64,000 nucleotides of DNA from the NCBI GenBank assembly GCA_905178155.1, contig CAJINV010000004.1:10957655-11021654 (forward strand). Reading direction: 5' to 3'. Under the pieces are notes generated by a model. It saw only the letters and a program-made list of their open reading frames with translations. It had not been told where the DNA came from and searched no databases. Shown in pieces: positions 37,720 through 49,979 of the stretch. This DNA comes from Amoebophrya sp. A120 (Eukaryota; Protista; Dinoflagellata). Each line of letters starts with the position of its first letter. The first letter of the stretch is position 1. Made by a program: the position numbers and the translations under genes.

Positions 37720-38514
37720 ATGTCAACATCCGCAGGCAACCGTTTGAGCGTGGACCGGCCGAGTCAGGGTCCTCGCAAAAGTCCGCGCAGCAGCCCGCGT
37801 GGCGGCGACCGCAACAGGACGAGTCCTAGCCCCCGCGGCAGTACTTCTACTAGTCAACAACCTGCACGAAGCCCGCGTGGCAGCTACGGTGGTGCTGCGC
37901 ATGAAAACCATAACCAATACAAAACCAACTACGCCCAGGAGTACGGGAATCCGCGCGGGAACATGGTCGGCGCACCGGTCGCCGGGTCCTCGCATAATCA
38001 TTCGCAGCAGCAGGGGAACTACAAAGGGTACGACGAGGTTCCCAAAGCCGACTGCTGCTACAGCAACGAGAACGATCCGCGCAGCTGTGTGTGCGTCCAG
38101 GACTCATGCGGCAGACGGAATTGCACCCCAAACTTGGCGACGACAAACGGCAAAATCATCGCCTGCAGTACCTGGGTCGGAATTCCGGTGACATTCCTCA
38201 TCTTCCGATTTGCCATCGGCGGCGACAAGGAGGGGGAGGAAGAACCGCAGGAAAGGGATAGACGGTCGCTGGCGTTCATGAGCAAAAGCGGTGGCGGGAT
38301 AATGGGGATAGGTAGAAGTTCTGGGAATTCAGCTGCAGTGATGAGTACCAATGCAAATGCAGGGCTCGTCATGGCTGTGCCACCAGACGAGGCGGGCGCG
38401 CTGGTAGATGCAGCTGAAGATGCGCAGCACCATCCTTCCGAATTAGCAATGAACTTCGTCTCCTCGGTGGTCGCGGCTCTGTGGAACAGAGCTACCGGGA
38501 CGAAAGAGGACTGA
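37720..38514 (+). CDS. Hypothetical 264-aa protein with an SPR-repeat N-terminus, a Cys-rich patch and one predicted TM helix
   Basis: Uninterrupted ATG ORF flanked by AT-richer spacers; hydrophobic stretch IIACSTWVGIPVTFLIFRFAI. Confidence 0.6.
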   Translation: MSTSAGNRLSVDRPSQGPRKSPRSSPRGGDRNRTSPSPRGSTSTSQQPARSPRGSYGGAAHENHNQYKTNYAQEYGNPRGNMVGAPVAGSSHNHSQQQGNYKGYDEVPKADCCYSNENDPRSCVCVQDSCGRRNCTPNLATTNGKIIACSTWVGIPVTFLIFRFAIGGDKEGEEEPQERDRRSLAFMSKSGGGIMGIGRSSGNSAAVMSTNANAGLVMAVPPDEAGALVDAAEDAQHHPSELAMNFVSSVVAALWNRATGTKED

Positions 38515-39704
38515 CCGCAGCTGGACGAAGGACACACAGAAAAGTAAAAGAAGAAGAGTGCCACTTCTAGATCTTTATTCTTGTCGTGAAACTGAAACCT
38601 TGTAGGTACTTGGAATGCTATTGCCACGGCTAGCGCCTGTTTTTGTGAACTTACAACCAAGTGTAAATACAATTTTCCAAACTACGCTGCACGCCGAGGT
38701 AGACTCGGAACATTGCTCGCAGCCTGACTCAAGAACATCTACTGACTTTGAAACTGTCCTCTTTAGCTTGAGCTTGTCCCGCTTGGTTGTACGGAAAGAT
38801 TCATTTCACTCTCTTTGCTTCGACTGCAATTTCGAAACCAGCTTATAATTTTACCCTTTCGCGGCAACTGGTGTAGTTGCAACTTGGAATCACGGTCAGC
38901 GTCTGGCGATTTCGAAATAAAGTTGAAGAGGAAGATAGCACAAAACTTTCCAGTTTGCAATACCAATACGTGCAGCACACTGTGTCTTGCATAAAGACGT
39001 ATGCGGATTCCCGTATATAGAACAAGAAAGTGGAAGAACTACATTGTCATTGCATTTGGATCTGCAGAAAATCGCATCACAGCGCATTGCTAGTCCTAGT
39101 CGTTCACGTTCTCAATCGGTGTACTAGCCATTTCAGGTATAGTACAGATACTGAACTAGATCTGCATGATCGACGACCCAGACCCGCCATGGTCATGTGT
39201 CGCCTGAGAACTGATCCAGACCGAAAAAAATCGATCTTGAGATCGACTGCCTTCTCGATCAGAGCTTGATAAATCACGATCAGCATCTGGCTTTACCGCA
39301 GATCAGTCGCTTGGAAAATCTAAGAGATCACTTGCCGCTGCAACAAATGCAAATCGAGATCATTATCAAGATCAAGGCGGCGCCGGCGCACAAGAAGTAG
39401 AATTGAATGTGGAATTTTGTTGTGGTAGATAAGTTCTTACGCACGACCTGACTCTCACTCACTCGACGTTGCTGTATTGCAGGTGTAAGTTCGTTTGTTT
39501 AAGAAGTAGATTAAGACTCCTGAAGAGAGTAACCGTAGAAAGTTCTAGAAGATTTATTACAGCGCTACTTACCCGTGGTTGTTTTATAGAAGTTCAAGAA
39601 ATCCTCGACGCACCTGCCTACGATTTGTTGCAAAAAGTTTGAATTGTTATTCGAAAGCATAATTGTCAGAATTTCCTTGAACCACCAAAAAGTCAAAGTG
39701 AAAA

Positions 39705-41772
39705 ATGTCGGTTTTTGTCGGGATTCAGGTTGCGGCCAACACGGGCGTCAAACAGTGGAGCATCGGGGAGGAGGAGCTTTCCGGTATATTGTCGTTGTAT
39801 GCTCATCCTGTCCGTCATTTGAAAGAGTTAGAGTTACTAGTTCACCAAGTTGATTATTTTCTATAGATATGAAATTTAGAAAAAATAGTAAATAGCAATT
39901 TTACCAAGGCTATTAAGGCAACTACTGTGGGACGACGTGAGAACGACTGGATGACGGTTCACATTTCCATTTAAATACTTTCCACAGGCGAAGCCTGCTT
40001 CACCAACGCGGCTTTGGTCGGTGGTGAGACCGCTCGCGTGTATGTGGCCTCTCTGAAAAACCCGAAGAACAAGTTTTTTCTCTGCGAGCTTGGGATCGAC
40101 GGGCAGCTGAGCCAGCGAACGGAAATCATGATCAACAGCCGAACGCACGGGTTTTTGGTGCAAGCCACAAACAGCGCCACTACCGTGGATCTGATCGGCC
40201 ACGCGAACGCGGGAGCCGCTGACTCCGAAGTGGAATCCGGCTCAGAGGACGACATGGAGGGCTTGGCAGCTTTGGCTGGTTTGCCGGAGGTACAGCAACA
40301 ATAGCGTGAAAGTAGATGCTTGTGAAAAATGCTTTTTTGATGTTGAGAATAAAAATTATTGCCGCTACAGCGCATGATCTAGGTCAAGCGATAGGACTAA
40401 GTACCAGAACCTGTACAACCTGTAGCTGTACAGCCACAGCGGAGTATTGTTCTTTCACCAAAATATTAAAGAAAAACCATACTTCAAATATACTACAGGC
40501 CAAAAAGCGCAAATTGGAAGATGAGAACAAGAACCCGTCCAGCCCCACCCCGACTGAGAAGACCGCAGTCCCGGCTTCCGAAAAGAAGCAGACCAACCTC
40601 AACATGAGCAAAAAGGCGGAAGAAGCGGAGGATGCCGACGAGTCTGAGTCCGAGGAAGAAGAAGAGTCGTCCGAGGATGACGCTCCGATCGAGCAAGTGA
40701 CAAAAAAGCTGGACCAGGCCGAAGCTGCACCAGCAGCTTCCACTGCTTCCACCACGTCCACCGCCAAAAAGCCCATGGAGGTCGACGAAGAGGAGGAAGA
40801 ATCGTCCGAAGAAGAGGAAGAGTCGTCCGACGAGGAACTCGCGGCTCCGGTCGACAAGCCGAAGTCCGTCGTCGCGGCTGCTGCTGCTGAGCAGAAGAAC
40901 AAATCCGAGGTCGAACAGAAGAAGCCCGCTGCTGCGGCTGAGGAGGAGGAATCGTCCGAAGAGGAAGAAGAGGAAGAATCCGATGAGGATGTGGAGATGG
41001 AGGTATAATATGAGGGGTTAACATCGTTAAGTAATTATCGTAATCGTTCTTGATCATATGCATACTCCAATTCGCTTTTGAATGCGAACGCATAGTTTTT
41101 GCCTCATGACGAGCGACTTGGACTCGCAAGCAAATTGACTTTGTCTGTATATCCCACCAGGCCGCCGAACCGACCAAGCCCTTGGCTGCCAAGCCGGCCG
41201 AATCCGCTGCTCCGGCTGCTGCTGCGGTCGAGGAGGCATCCTCCGAAGAAGAAGAAGAGGAGGAAGAATCTTCCGAAGAAGAAGAAGTAGAAGCGGCTGC
41301 GGCTGCTGCGCCCGCAACAAAGACTTCCGAACCCGCGAAGCCAGTCGCCAAGACCACGGACGGTGAGTCCGACGCCGAGACTTCGGATGAGGAGGAGGAA
41401 GAGGAGTCTGACGTGGAAGGTGAAGATTCCGTTGCGAAGCCCACTGCTGAGGACGACGAGACTGCTGCTGCTGCTGCATCAAGCTCTGGCGAAGAGGAGG
41501 AAGAGTCCGACGACGAGGAGATGGAGGGCAGTGCAAGTGCTGCCGGCGGCAAAAAGACCACCGAAAAGGGCGGTAAGAAGAAAGGCGACGGTAAGAAGGG
41601 CGGCAAGGACGGAAAGGGGAAGAAGGGAGACGGCAAAAAGGGCGATGGCAAGAAGGGCGGAAAGGGAAAGAAGGGTGACGGCAAGAAGGGCGACGGAAAG
41701 AAAGGCGGCAAGGGCAAGGGAAAGGACGGTAAGAAGGGAAAAGGGAAAGGAAAAGGAAAAGGAAAGAAGTAA
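39705..41772 (+). CDS. Nucleoplasmin-like (NPL)-domain acidic protein, putative histone chaperone or nucleolar protein; exons ~39705-39783, 39988-40289, 40499-41002, 41161-41772
   Basis: N-terminus VFVGIQV..FTNAAL..KFFLCEL..VDLIGH resembles the NPL fold; repeated EEEESSEEEE tracts; C-terminal GKKGDG repeats; three GT-AG introns. Confidence 0.7.
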
Positions 41773-42199
41773 ATAGAGAGGGCATGGGATTTTTTGCCGC
41801 GCAAAGATACCATATTCAATCACAATGATGATGAAGATTGGTCTTATTTGTTGCTGCGAACGATTAAAGCAAAGGCACCTCTGCTTATTACCATGAGGCT
41901 GTGACCATCAATTACAGCACGACCAAGATTAGCACCTGCATCTCTCTCGAAGAAAATCTACGGACGAAAACATTTAAGCGCGACGACCTCAACCAAAAAA
42001 ATGATCATGCAACTTCGACTCACGACCAAAACACTTGAACTTCATACTCATCATAACGCAGCAATGAAAATTTTTCCGACCACAACGCACAACGGGCGAA
42101 ACAAACGAAGAATGACTCCGCGGCTCTTTTGCTCAACTTCATGTTCGTCTCAGAGAGTTCAACACTGACTTGCTACTGCCGTCGAGAGATTTATGATTA

Positions 42200-43800
42200 A
42201 GTAGATTATTTGCGTTGGTTGATGGTTTTTTCTGCGTCATGTGAGGCATCGCCAACCTGGTTGACGACAACCTGGTTGACAAATCGATTTGAAATTATAT
42301 GGTTAAGCCATTGCTTCAGATTAATAGCAAATCGGCTTCGCTGGCAACGATATGATCGATCTTCGTCTATTAAGAAAATCCAGATTTTCATCATTCTTTC
42401 CTTAAATCGGGTAATTCGTTGGATGGTTTTTTGAATCAAATTTGTCATGTCTCCAATCCGAAAATCATATGATATCGTTTTTCTTTTTCTTGTGTATTTC
42501 CCACTCCATCCGAATCCACAGACATAGAACATGTATCAATTTCATCGTTAAAAATGTTTGCAATATGACAATGAATCGATATGATTGATGTCATGTCCAT
42601 AAGATCGGGATTATCATCATGGAAACAATATTTCTGAAATTTTTTTCATATTATTTAAAGATATCTGGATATTTCTTGTAAGATATAGATATTCCGAAAA
42701 AAATTAAGAAGAATTATGGTGTTGTCAGAATCGAAATTCGCAAAATCGAAAAAAAGTCTCGGGGTCCCAGGAAATGGTGTCCTCGGGATTTCCCATTTCG
42801 ATTCTGATGTATTCGGTTTTTTTATTCGAATCTATCAATTATCCATCATGGAAAGTTTGAATGTCTCAGAATCAATCACAGAGATTGTTACAAAAGAAAT
42901 CCTGAAGGTCGTCGTAGTCTTCGTAGTTTTTAGTTAGTCTCAATTTTATTGTGACAGAGAAGAAGTGGCATGAGAATTGAACATGGGACAATGAATTTCG
43001 GGCCTCGAAAAATTGATGCCTTGCCATGCATATCTAGGCATGGAAAGAAAGATTATAATGAGGTTGTTCTGAAATCCTCTTCTCCCTATAGGAGAATCCA
43101 GATTTTTTTTTTTTTTCAATTTTGTTGATTTGTTTCGATCCTGTTTCATTTTCGATTTTCCTTTCGATTTTCATGCTTTATTTCATTTGAATTTTTATAT
43201 CACCTGAATTTTTTTTCTGGATCCTTTAACATTTTCGATCTTTCAAAATCATTGGAATTCACAGATAAACAAATGGAACATATTCACATATGATCCACAA
43301 AGAAGATATCGACACAATTTTTTCAAAAAATTTTTTCTAAGATTGCTCATCATCTCGAAATGATTTTTTCTTTTTGAAAATCACAACATACAACGAATAT
43401 ATTCACATTGAAATTCCTTTGATGAGATAGAGATTTTCCGAATCAATGACATTTTCAACTTAGATTTCAGATTATTTTAAGTTCTTCATAATTTTAACCT
43501 TTGATATCATCCACATATTGATGAGAAGAGAAGAGAACAAGACTATGTTGGACTTTTAGGACCTTGAATCTTTGACATCATGCCCGAACATGGATAGAAA
43601 GAAAGAAAGAAAGAAAGATTTCAGACAATCCAAATTTCCGATCGATATAGATGGATCTTGAGAAAGATGAATATTGATATGATATCGATTTCGATCCATC
43701 ATCAACATATGAAGACATTGATCATGAAATCATGATTCGATAAAGATAATTGAATTATGAAACACAGATCGGAAAAAGAAAAACAAAACAAACTTTGATT
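42200..43800 (-). mobile_element. Highly decayed, AT-rich Ty1/copia-like retrotransposon remnant (RT/RNase H)
   Basis: Minus strand reads HQYVDDIK at ~43500-43522 and SVDSDGVGN at ~42500-42525; many stops and frameshifts; sharp drop in GC. Confidence 0.55.
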
Positions 43801-44329
43801 CAGATGCATAATTTATATTTTTTATCACAAGAACGAGAACCAAGGACCTGGATTGATGGTGGAGCGTGAATTTCGTTTCTTTGAGTGCGACAATGTTAGA
43901 ATCTCAGCAAGTCATCGAAGGATCTATTTGGACCCGGAACAACACCGCAAGGAAGTAGGAAAATGAGTCTGTAATAGGAATCGAAAGAAGGGTTGATTTT
44001 TTTCGTTTTTTGGTTTTTTATTTTTTGCTTTTTGTTTCCGCACTGCTGTCGTGAAGATGTTGAGAGCTTTCACAATGGTTCAATGTGAATGTGAACCATT
44101 TTGCTCGTGATGCACTGCCCTACCGTGCCCGTGGTAGTCGTTCATGTTTTTGTTCGGTTTTTGTATTTTTTCTCCAAACCACAGGTCAGAAAACGAATGT
44201 CTTCGCTTTCATCGCCTTCGGTTAGAGGGAGTTGTGTGAGTACTAAGAACTGCACGGTCCGCAAATACGTGGTCTACCTTCAAAAAATTTCGTCCAAATA
44301 AACGGCACTTTCATTTCAACGCCACCTAC

Positions 44330-46352
44330 TTACATGCCTTGCCGCTGTCTGGGTGCGTTGCGGATGATGTCGTCGACGCGGATCACCTGCTCCGCGGCCT
44401 CGGCAGCAGAGCAAAGCCCGCTGAGCTTCGACCGGTACGACTCGTAGATGCCCAACGGTCGCATGTCCGCGACGCTTTCCTCCATCACGTTGATCCCCGC
44501 GAACGCGTTGCCGGTCGCGTGAGACTTCTTGAGCTCTCCCACGATCTCCTGAGCGTCGAAGCCGGCGTTCTCGCTGAGAATCATCGGAATCTGGACCAGC
44601 GCCTTGGCGAAAGCCTCGACCGCAACGGACTCCTTGCCGCCGACCTCCGCGGCGACCTGCAGCACCGCCCGGGACATGGCCATCTCGCAGCACCCGCCCC
44701 CGCACACCACACGGGTATCTTGCGTCACGGTTTGGAACAACACCGCCAGGGCGTCGTGCAGCGACCGTTCGGCTTCGTCCAACACGTGCGTGGAAGCATA
44801 TCAAATGCAAATATGTCTGGGTCTGGAAGATCAAGATTCTGAGATTTGTCATGCATACCCGACTGCACCACATCGAAAACCTTTGCACCGTCGCCGCAAG
44901 CAGCTACGGCCGCAGGAGATCTAGGGTCAGAACCGCGAAAGGTATCGCGAGTATATCTTCATCCCCGGGCACTAATATTATCTTTGTCATGCACGTTTTG
45001 CATGAGCCCTGATGTCTGTGATGCATGCCCTAGCATCACAGACTTTTTGAGGGCTTCTTGATGCCTCTCCCGCATGACAAATGCCCTCTCCGCGTAGCAA
45101 AAATTACATTCCCTTTGCTGCTCATGCAATACAGATTTTTGTGGAGTCCAAAGGTAGCATCACAATTTCAGACCCTTCCAGACGCAGACATATTTGCATT
45201 TGATAAAGCACCCCGGAGCACGATCGTGCAGGCTTCGTTTTCCGCACACCCCTTGAAGCGAATCACCTTGTCCTCCCCGATCATGATCTCCTCGATCAGC
45301 TCGCAAGTGCCCAGTTTGATGTTTTCGGCGTCGTCAAAGGTGCTGACGATGTCGCCACCCAGGACGGCCGCGAGCCGCTCGGTGCCGTCAAAATCCGAAT
45401 GCTCGATGCACGTGATGCCGGCCTGCTTCAGCAGCTCCTCGGGGTAGTTGTAGATGAGCTGACGGTTAATGAAAACATTGCACCCCGTAGCCACGATCTT
45501 GTCGCACTTGCGCTTCATCTTTTCCCGCTCCGCCCGTTCGATTTCCGCCATCGCCTCCAGAGACTCGACCTTGACGCGGCTGCCAAAGATCTTAATCTTG
45601 TCCGAGTCCATGGGAGTGTTGGCCACCAGGACCTTGCAATCCTCCTTCTTCTTCGGCATGCCGACACCGATGCGTTTTTCCAGAATGAAACCCGGCTCCA
45701 GATAGGACTCTTTCACTGCACCACCGGCCTTCTTCAAAACCTGAATGTAGTCGAGGTTCGGTCGTCCCTTCAAGCGCAAGATGGCGTCAACCGCTAGCGT
45801 GGCGAAATGCGTCTTCTCGTGTTTCAACAGCTTCGACGACAACGTCGTCTCCGCGATCTTGATCAAGTCTGCGCGCAGTTTGGCTTCGTCCTTGCCATTG
45901 TCAAAAGCGACTTCCTCGAGTCGCTTGCGCGCCGCTTCCAGGGCGATGCGGTACCCTTTGATGATCACCTGCGGGTGCATGCGCTGCTGCACAAGTTGCT
46001 CCGCTTGCCGCAAAAGCTCTGCCGCAAGAACCACGACGGACGTCGTTCCATCGCCACACTCTTGGTCTTGCGCCTTGGAGATGTCGACCAAAATTTTTGC
46101 GCTGGGATTGTCGACCCAGACACGGGAAAGAATAGTGGCGCCGTCATTGGTCACAGTCGTCTCTTTGCTGGCACCTTCGCCCGGCAACGGTTGCAGAATC
46201 TTGTCCATTCCCTTGGGACCGAGGGTGGACTTCACCAAATCTCCGATGGCGATCGCCCCGATGAAGGCCTGCAGTCGCGCCACATCTCCCTTGTCTTCGC
46301 CCGCGCCATCCTTATAGATGGATGGGACAGAGGATAGAAACTTGTGTGCCAT
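44330..46352 (-). CDS. CCT2: T-complex protein 1 subunit beta (chaperonin CCT-beta), 536 aa, one introner
   Basis: [50 protein letters not shown]|[24 protein letters not shown]. Confidence 0.97.
44799..45205. mobile_element. Introner, family B
   Basis: TIR tatcaaatgcaaatatgtctgggtctggaag/cttccagacgcagacatatttgcatttgata; TSD aagca. Confidence 0.95.
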
Positions 46353-47093
46353 CTTGTTGGAATTTCTTTCTGTCTATTAATCGCTTGTTACGAGGACGAC
46401 TAGGATTGTACGCGTGGTGAGGGTCTTGGAAAAAGTAATTACTGTGGCAGTTTCTACTTGTTTTTCTTTCCTCTTTTCGATTGCAATTGGTGAGTCGAAA
46501 TTGTTGGCAGAGCAAGGTCTTCCTGAAGTTGTACGCTATAATCGTCCTGAATGCGTGTAGTAATTAATATCAAAGCCGTACTCCTGTGGACATTTTCTGT
46601 GAATAGAATGATAGTGCGACCATAACATCGAAATCTTCTTGCGACCGTTTTTATGTTGAATAACATGATTTGATCAAGTCAAAATTTTCATTCGGGCAAA
46701 ATTCAATTTAGTACCAATATTAGATCGATTTGATGACCCTGTTCTTGGCAGATCATGGATTTCCATTTCGTACATTTGGATTTGATCTTGGACTTGGAGT
46801 GGTCAAATTAGAGGGCGTCTATCTCCGTAGTCGGGCGGGTTATGGTGTGTGCAATGTGTCTGTGTGCGTACGCGTAGTCGTTTCATCGAGAAAAATAAGA
46901 ACGAGCCTAATGTAAATGAGATTGAGAATGTGTTGCAAAATAGGATGGAGGATTGTCAAGGTGAACACAAAAACAACAAAGACAAAGTCAAACTCAAAGA
47001 AAGGATTCGCTTATTTTCTCGTCGTGTTTGTGCGAGGTTTCGCTTTCGTCGTGCCGGCGTTCACTTTCATTTCATTGAAAATTTCAGCGACCA

Positions 47094-48797
47094 TCATAAT
47101 TCGCACACATGATCACGTTCGCGCAAAAGATTGAGTATTTCCTCACGTTGTCGCGTCAGAATATTTTGATTTTCTTCTTGGTGTCGTTTCAAAAGTTTCT
47201 CAAGCTGTAATTCTACTAGGCCCAGAGTAGAGATATCGATACTTCTCCGTTGATCTTCACGTTCACAACTTCCGAGCATATGCATACTACGTTCAGACTC
47301 TACCACCTTAGATGAGAGAACCTCCACTGGTACTGGTAGTTCTGTTTTGGATTCTTGCCCAGAAGCTTGCGTTGTGTCCGCGGCGGGGTTGTTCTGTTTA
47401 TTTCTGGTGTCGTGTATTTTTACTGTCATCTGTCCTGTTACGCCGGTTGCGTAGTGCCTGTAATTGTGACGTTTCTTCATCTTCTTGCTACTTATTTCCG
47501 CGATTGTATTCTCTTCAGAAGATGAACAAGGGCAAGTAGTAGAAACGTCAGGTCGTGCTCCTCCTGAAGGAGCGCGTTTCGTTTTCGACGACGTTTGTCG
47601 CGTTCTTGCTGGCTCACTGTCAATCCTCGTTTGCGACTGGCAACAATCCTCTTTCTGTTCAATCCAATTCGAATTCCTTTCAACAAGTAGTCTGTTCTCT
47701 TTACACCGATGGACAATCGATCGGTGTCCGTTTTGCGCAAAGTGCTTCTGAATCTTCTCCAGGCTCCTGGTGTATTTTTTCGTTTTGTGACTTTTATCTT
47801 CCCGCGCCAGCAACAGTTGTTTGATTCTGCTGTCCTGACCCTCCAGAAACAGATCTATCACGAGTTGATGTGTGGCTGTAGCGACATTGTTGACTCTAAC
47901 ACACAACTCGGGCTGGTGCTTGTTTTGCAACTGCATCCCGTAGTTTCGGTTTCCCTTCCCGCTCATGAAATTTATGTTTTTTGATTCCTCATCTTCATCA
48001 TCGTAATTCGTTTTGTTCAAAAGACTTGCGGCGCGCATGGTCATAACCTCCAACCAAACACCAGGGACTCCGCCAACGATCGCGGTCTGTGCTTTCAAGA
48101 TTCTCACTACCGCCTGCATTGGCTTGTTGTTTTCGAAAAAAGCGTCCAATTCGCGATCTATTTCCGGCCGAGTTTTCCCACAGAAGGGCAGGTCATGCAG
48201 ATCTTGTACTTCGCCAAAATTTCGCGACATGGGCACGAAGTCGTAGCTAGCGCCTGACACCGCCTCCACTTTGATCGCAAGCTCCTTGATCTTTACTCGC
48301 TTGACCGCGTAGTTGTATTCGAGCAGTTGCGCTCGGTTTTCTCTTTGTCGTTCGACAGGATCACATTCTACTCGTCCTGCGCCGGCGCGGCCTGCATGCG
48401 CGACCACTGCCCCAGCAGGACTACCTTCTGCGACTTCGGCGTCCTCTGCCTCCTCTTGCAGAAGTTCCTCCTTTGTCAGGAGAAATTCTTCCCGCAACCG
48501 CTCTGCGAAGCGTCGCCGCTGCTTTTGCGTGATTGGGCTCTTGGTTCTGACGCGATAGTCGTAGTCCGAACCGAGGATGTCCGTGTGGTGTTTGCTGGAG
48601 CCTGCGAGGCGGAACTCGGTGCCGGCACCAAAACACTCGGGTTCCCGGGCGACGCGGAGAATTTTTTTGACCAATCGGTTATTGAGCCTCGGCCGTTTGC
48701 TCCCGATTTCGTCACCGAGCGCGATGAAGGCCTTTTCATCTCCAAGGGGGATGGGTATCGGAGCAGGACCATGCTGGTCTCGCGGCTTCGATTTCAT
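47094..48797 (-). CDS. Pol-beta-superfamily nucleotidyltransferase, OAS/CD-NTase (SMODS)-like, 567 aa, intronless
   Basis: LAGSSKHHTDILGSDYDY (hGS..T....SDxD), third acid in SYDFVP, then VVRILKA and PGVWLEVMT, which resemble the OAS/CD-NTase IRLxK and PSYxLELL motifs. Confidence 0.7.
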   Translation of the reverse strand: MKSKPRDQHGPAPIPIPLGDEKAFIALGDEIGSKRPRLNNRLVKKILRVAREPECFGAGTEFRLAGSSKHHTDILGSDYDYRVRTKSPITQKQRRRFAERLREEFLLTKEELLQEEAEDAEVAEGSPAGAVVAHAGRAGAGRVECDPVERQRENRAQLLEYNYAVKRVKIKELAIKVEAVSGASYDFVPMSRNFGEVQDLHDLPFCGKTRPEIDRELDAFFENNKPMQAVVRILKAQTAIVGGVPGVWLEVMTMRAASLLNKTNYDDEDEESKNINFMSGKGNRNYGMQLQNKHQPELCVRVNNVATATHQLVIDLFLEGQDSRIKQLLLAREDKSHKTKKYTRSLEKIQKHFAQNGHRSIVHRCKENRLLVERNSNWIEQKEDCCQSQTRIDSEPARTRQTSSKTKRAPSGGARPDVSTTCPCSSSEENTIAEISSKKMKKRHNYRHYATGVTGQMTVKIHDTRNKQNNPAADTTQASGQESKTELPVPVEVLSSKVVESERSMHMLGSCEREDQRRSIDISTLGLVELQLEKLLKRHQEENQNILTRQREEILNLLRERDHVCEL

Positions 48798-49979
48798 ATT
48801 CTACGTCTGCACCCGTAGCGGTAGGGGTAGCTGACATCGACTCGAGGCAAATCAACATATAACTAATCGAACTGCTGAACAAATCAATGCGAAAGGGAAG
48901 GCGAAGCATCACATTGTGTTCATGTTCTCTCTGGCAACCACGGTTCGTATAACTGCATTTTTGAATGAAAAGAAAGATACCCATGAATAAGAATCTTGAG
49001 GTCAAGTAAGATGATAATACAAAACACCACTCAGACTCAACTAGAACTACACTGTAGTAATAAAAATAATGCCAGTTCCCAACGAAGACAATGACAAACG
49101 GAAACGCAAGCTCGAAGAGACACGACACCGACGACCGATGTTTATTTAGCTGGGAGGAATTGCTGCAATCACACATACACTTGCAGAACGAACAGGACCC
49201 TCCTCGGTTGTATGTTGCACATTTTTGGGATTCGACGAAAATAATCAACTGCCTCTCCGGGGGCGCACCACCATTTAGTAATTGGCAAATAACGAACCAC
49301 CCTACTAGAGAATCGGCCCGAACCCAACGACGTCGATCCCGGAAATGGACAAACGGAACCGACTACTCATCTGCCTTTACATCCCCAGGAGGAGACGAAA
49401 AACACAGACTGCGAATTTGTAAAGGGACTTCAACAGTAATTTTGCGATTGTGATTGACGATGACGAAGAAAGATGAAAAGAAACCGACCTTCACCTCAAA
49501 GAAACAAATGCGAGGAATGGAACACGATCAAGATCATGAAAAATCATATTCAAAATTCGGCTTCTGAAGAAACGAATATAGCAACATGACTCACTACATG
49601 CAGCCTTTTTTTAGTTCTACTTTCGCACAAACAACCCGCACACTTGCGTTCGCGCGTATGTGAGAATGAGCGCCTGATGATTCGGGCGTTTGTTTTCAGA
49701 GCAGGAAAACGAAAAGAAACGTGAATGCTTGTCCGGGAACTTAATAATTTTTCCCCTGCAAGCCTCCCACTTTCTTGACTTTGAGGTTTTGTTTTTGAAT
49801 GAGGATAGTTAAGTTATATCTTCGTTGAGTCCCTGAATATCATACATAATGAAGATGGAAAATTCGAGCCATCTGCATCTCCATCTGCGGATGTTCGAGT
49901 TCTGCAGATTTATCATCACGCGAAACAAAGGATCGCGCGAAATGCAAGCTGTTTTGCTCTGCCTCTGGCTTCTTCACAA

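Noticed and set aside
40384-41819. Long antisense ORFs (172-406 aa)
   Set aside because: They are shadows of the low-complexity E/K/G-rich sense gene.
2281-45205. Fragmented genes as pseudogenes or evidence of an alternative genetic code
   Set aside because: The stops fall only inside introns or elements, and the spliced frames are intact under the standard code.
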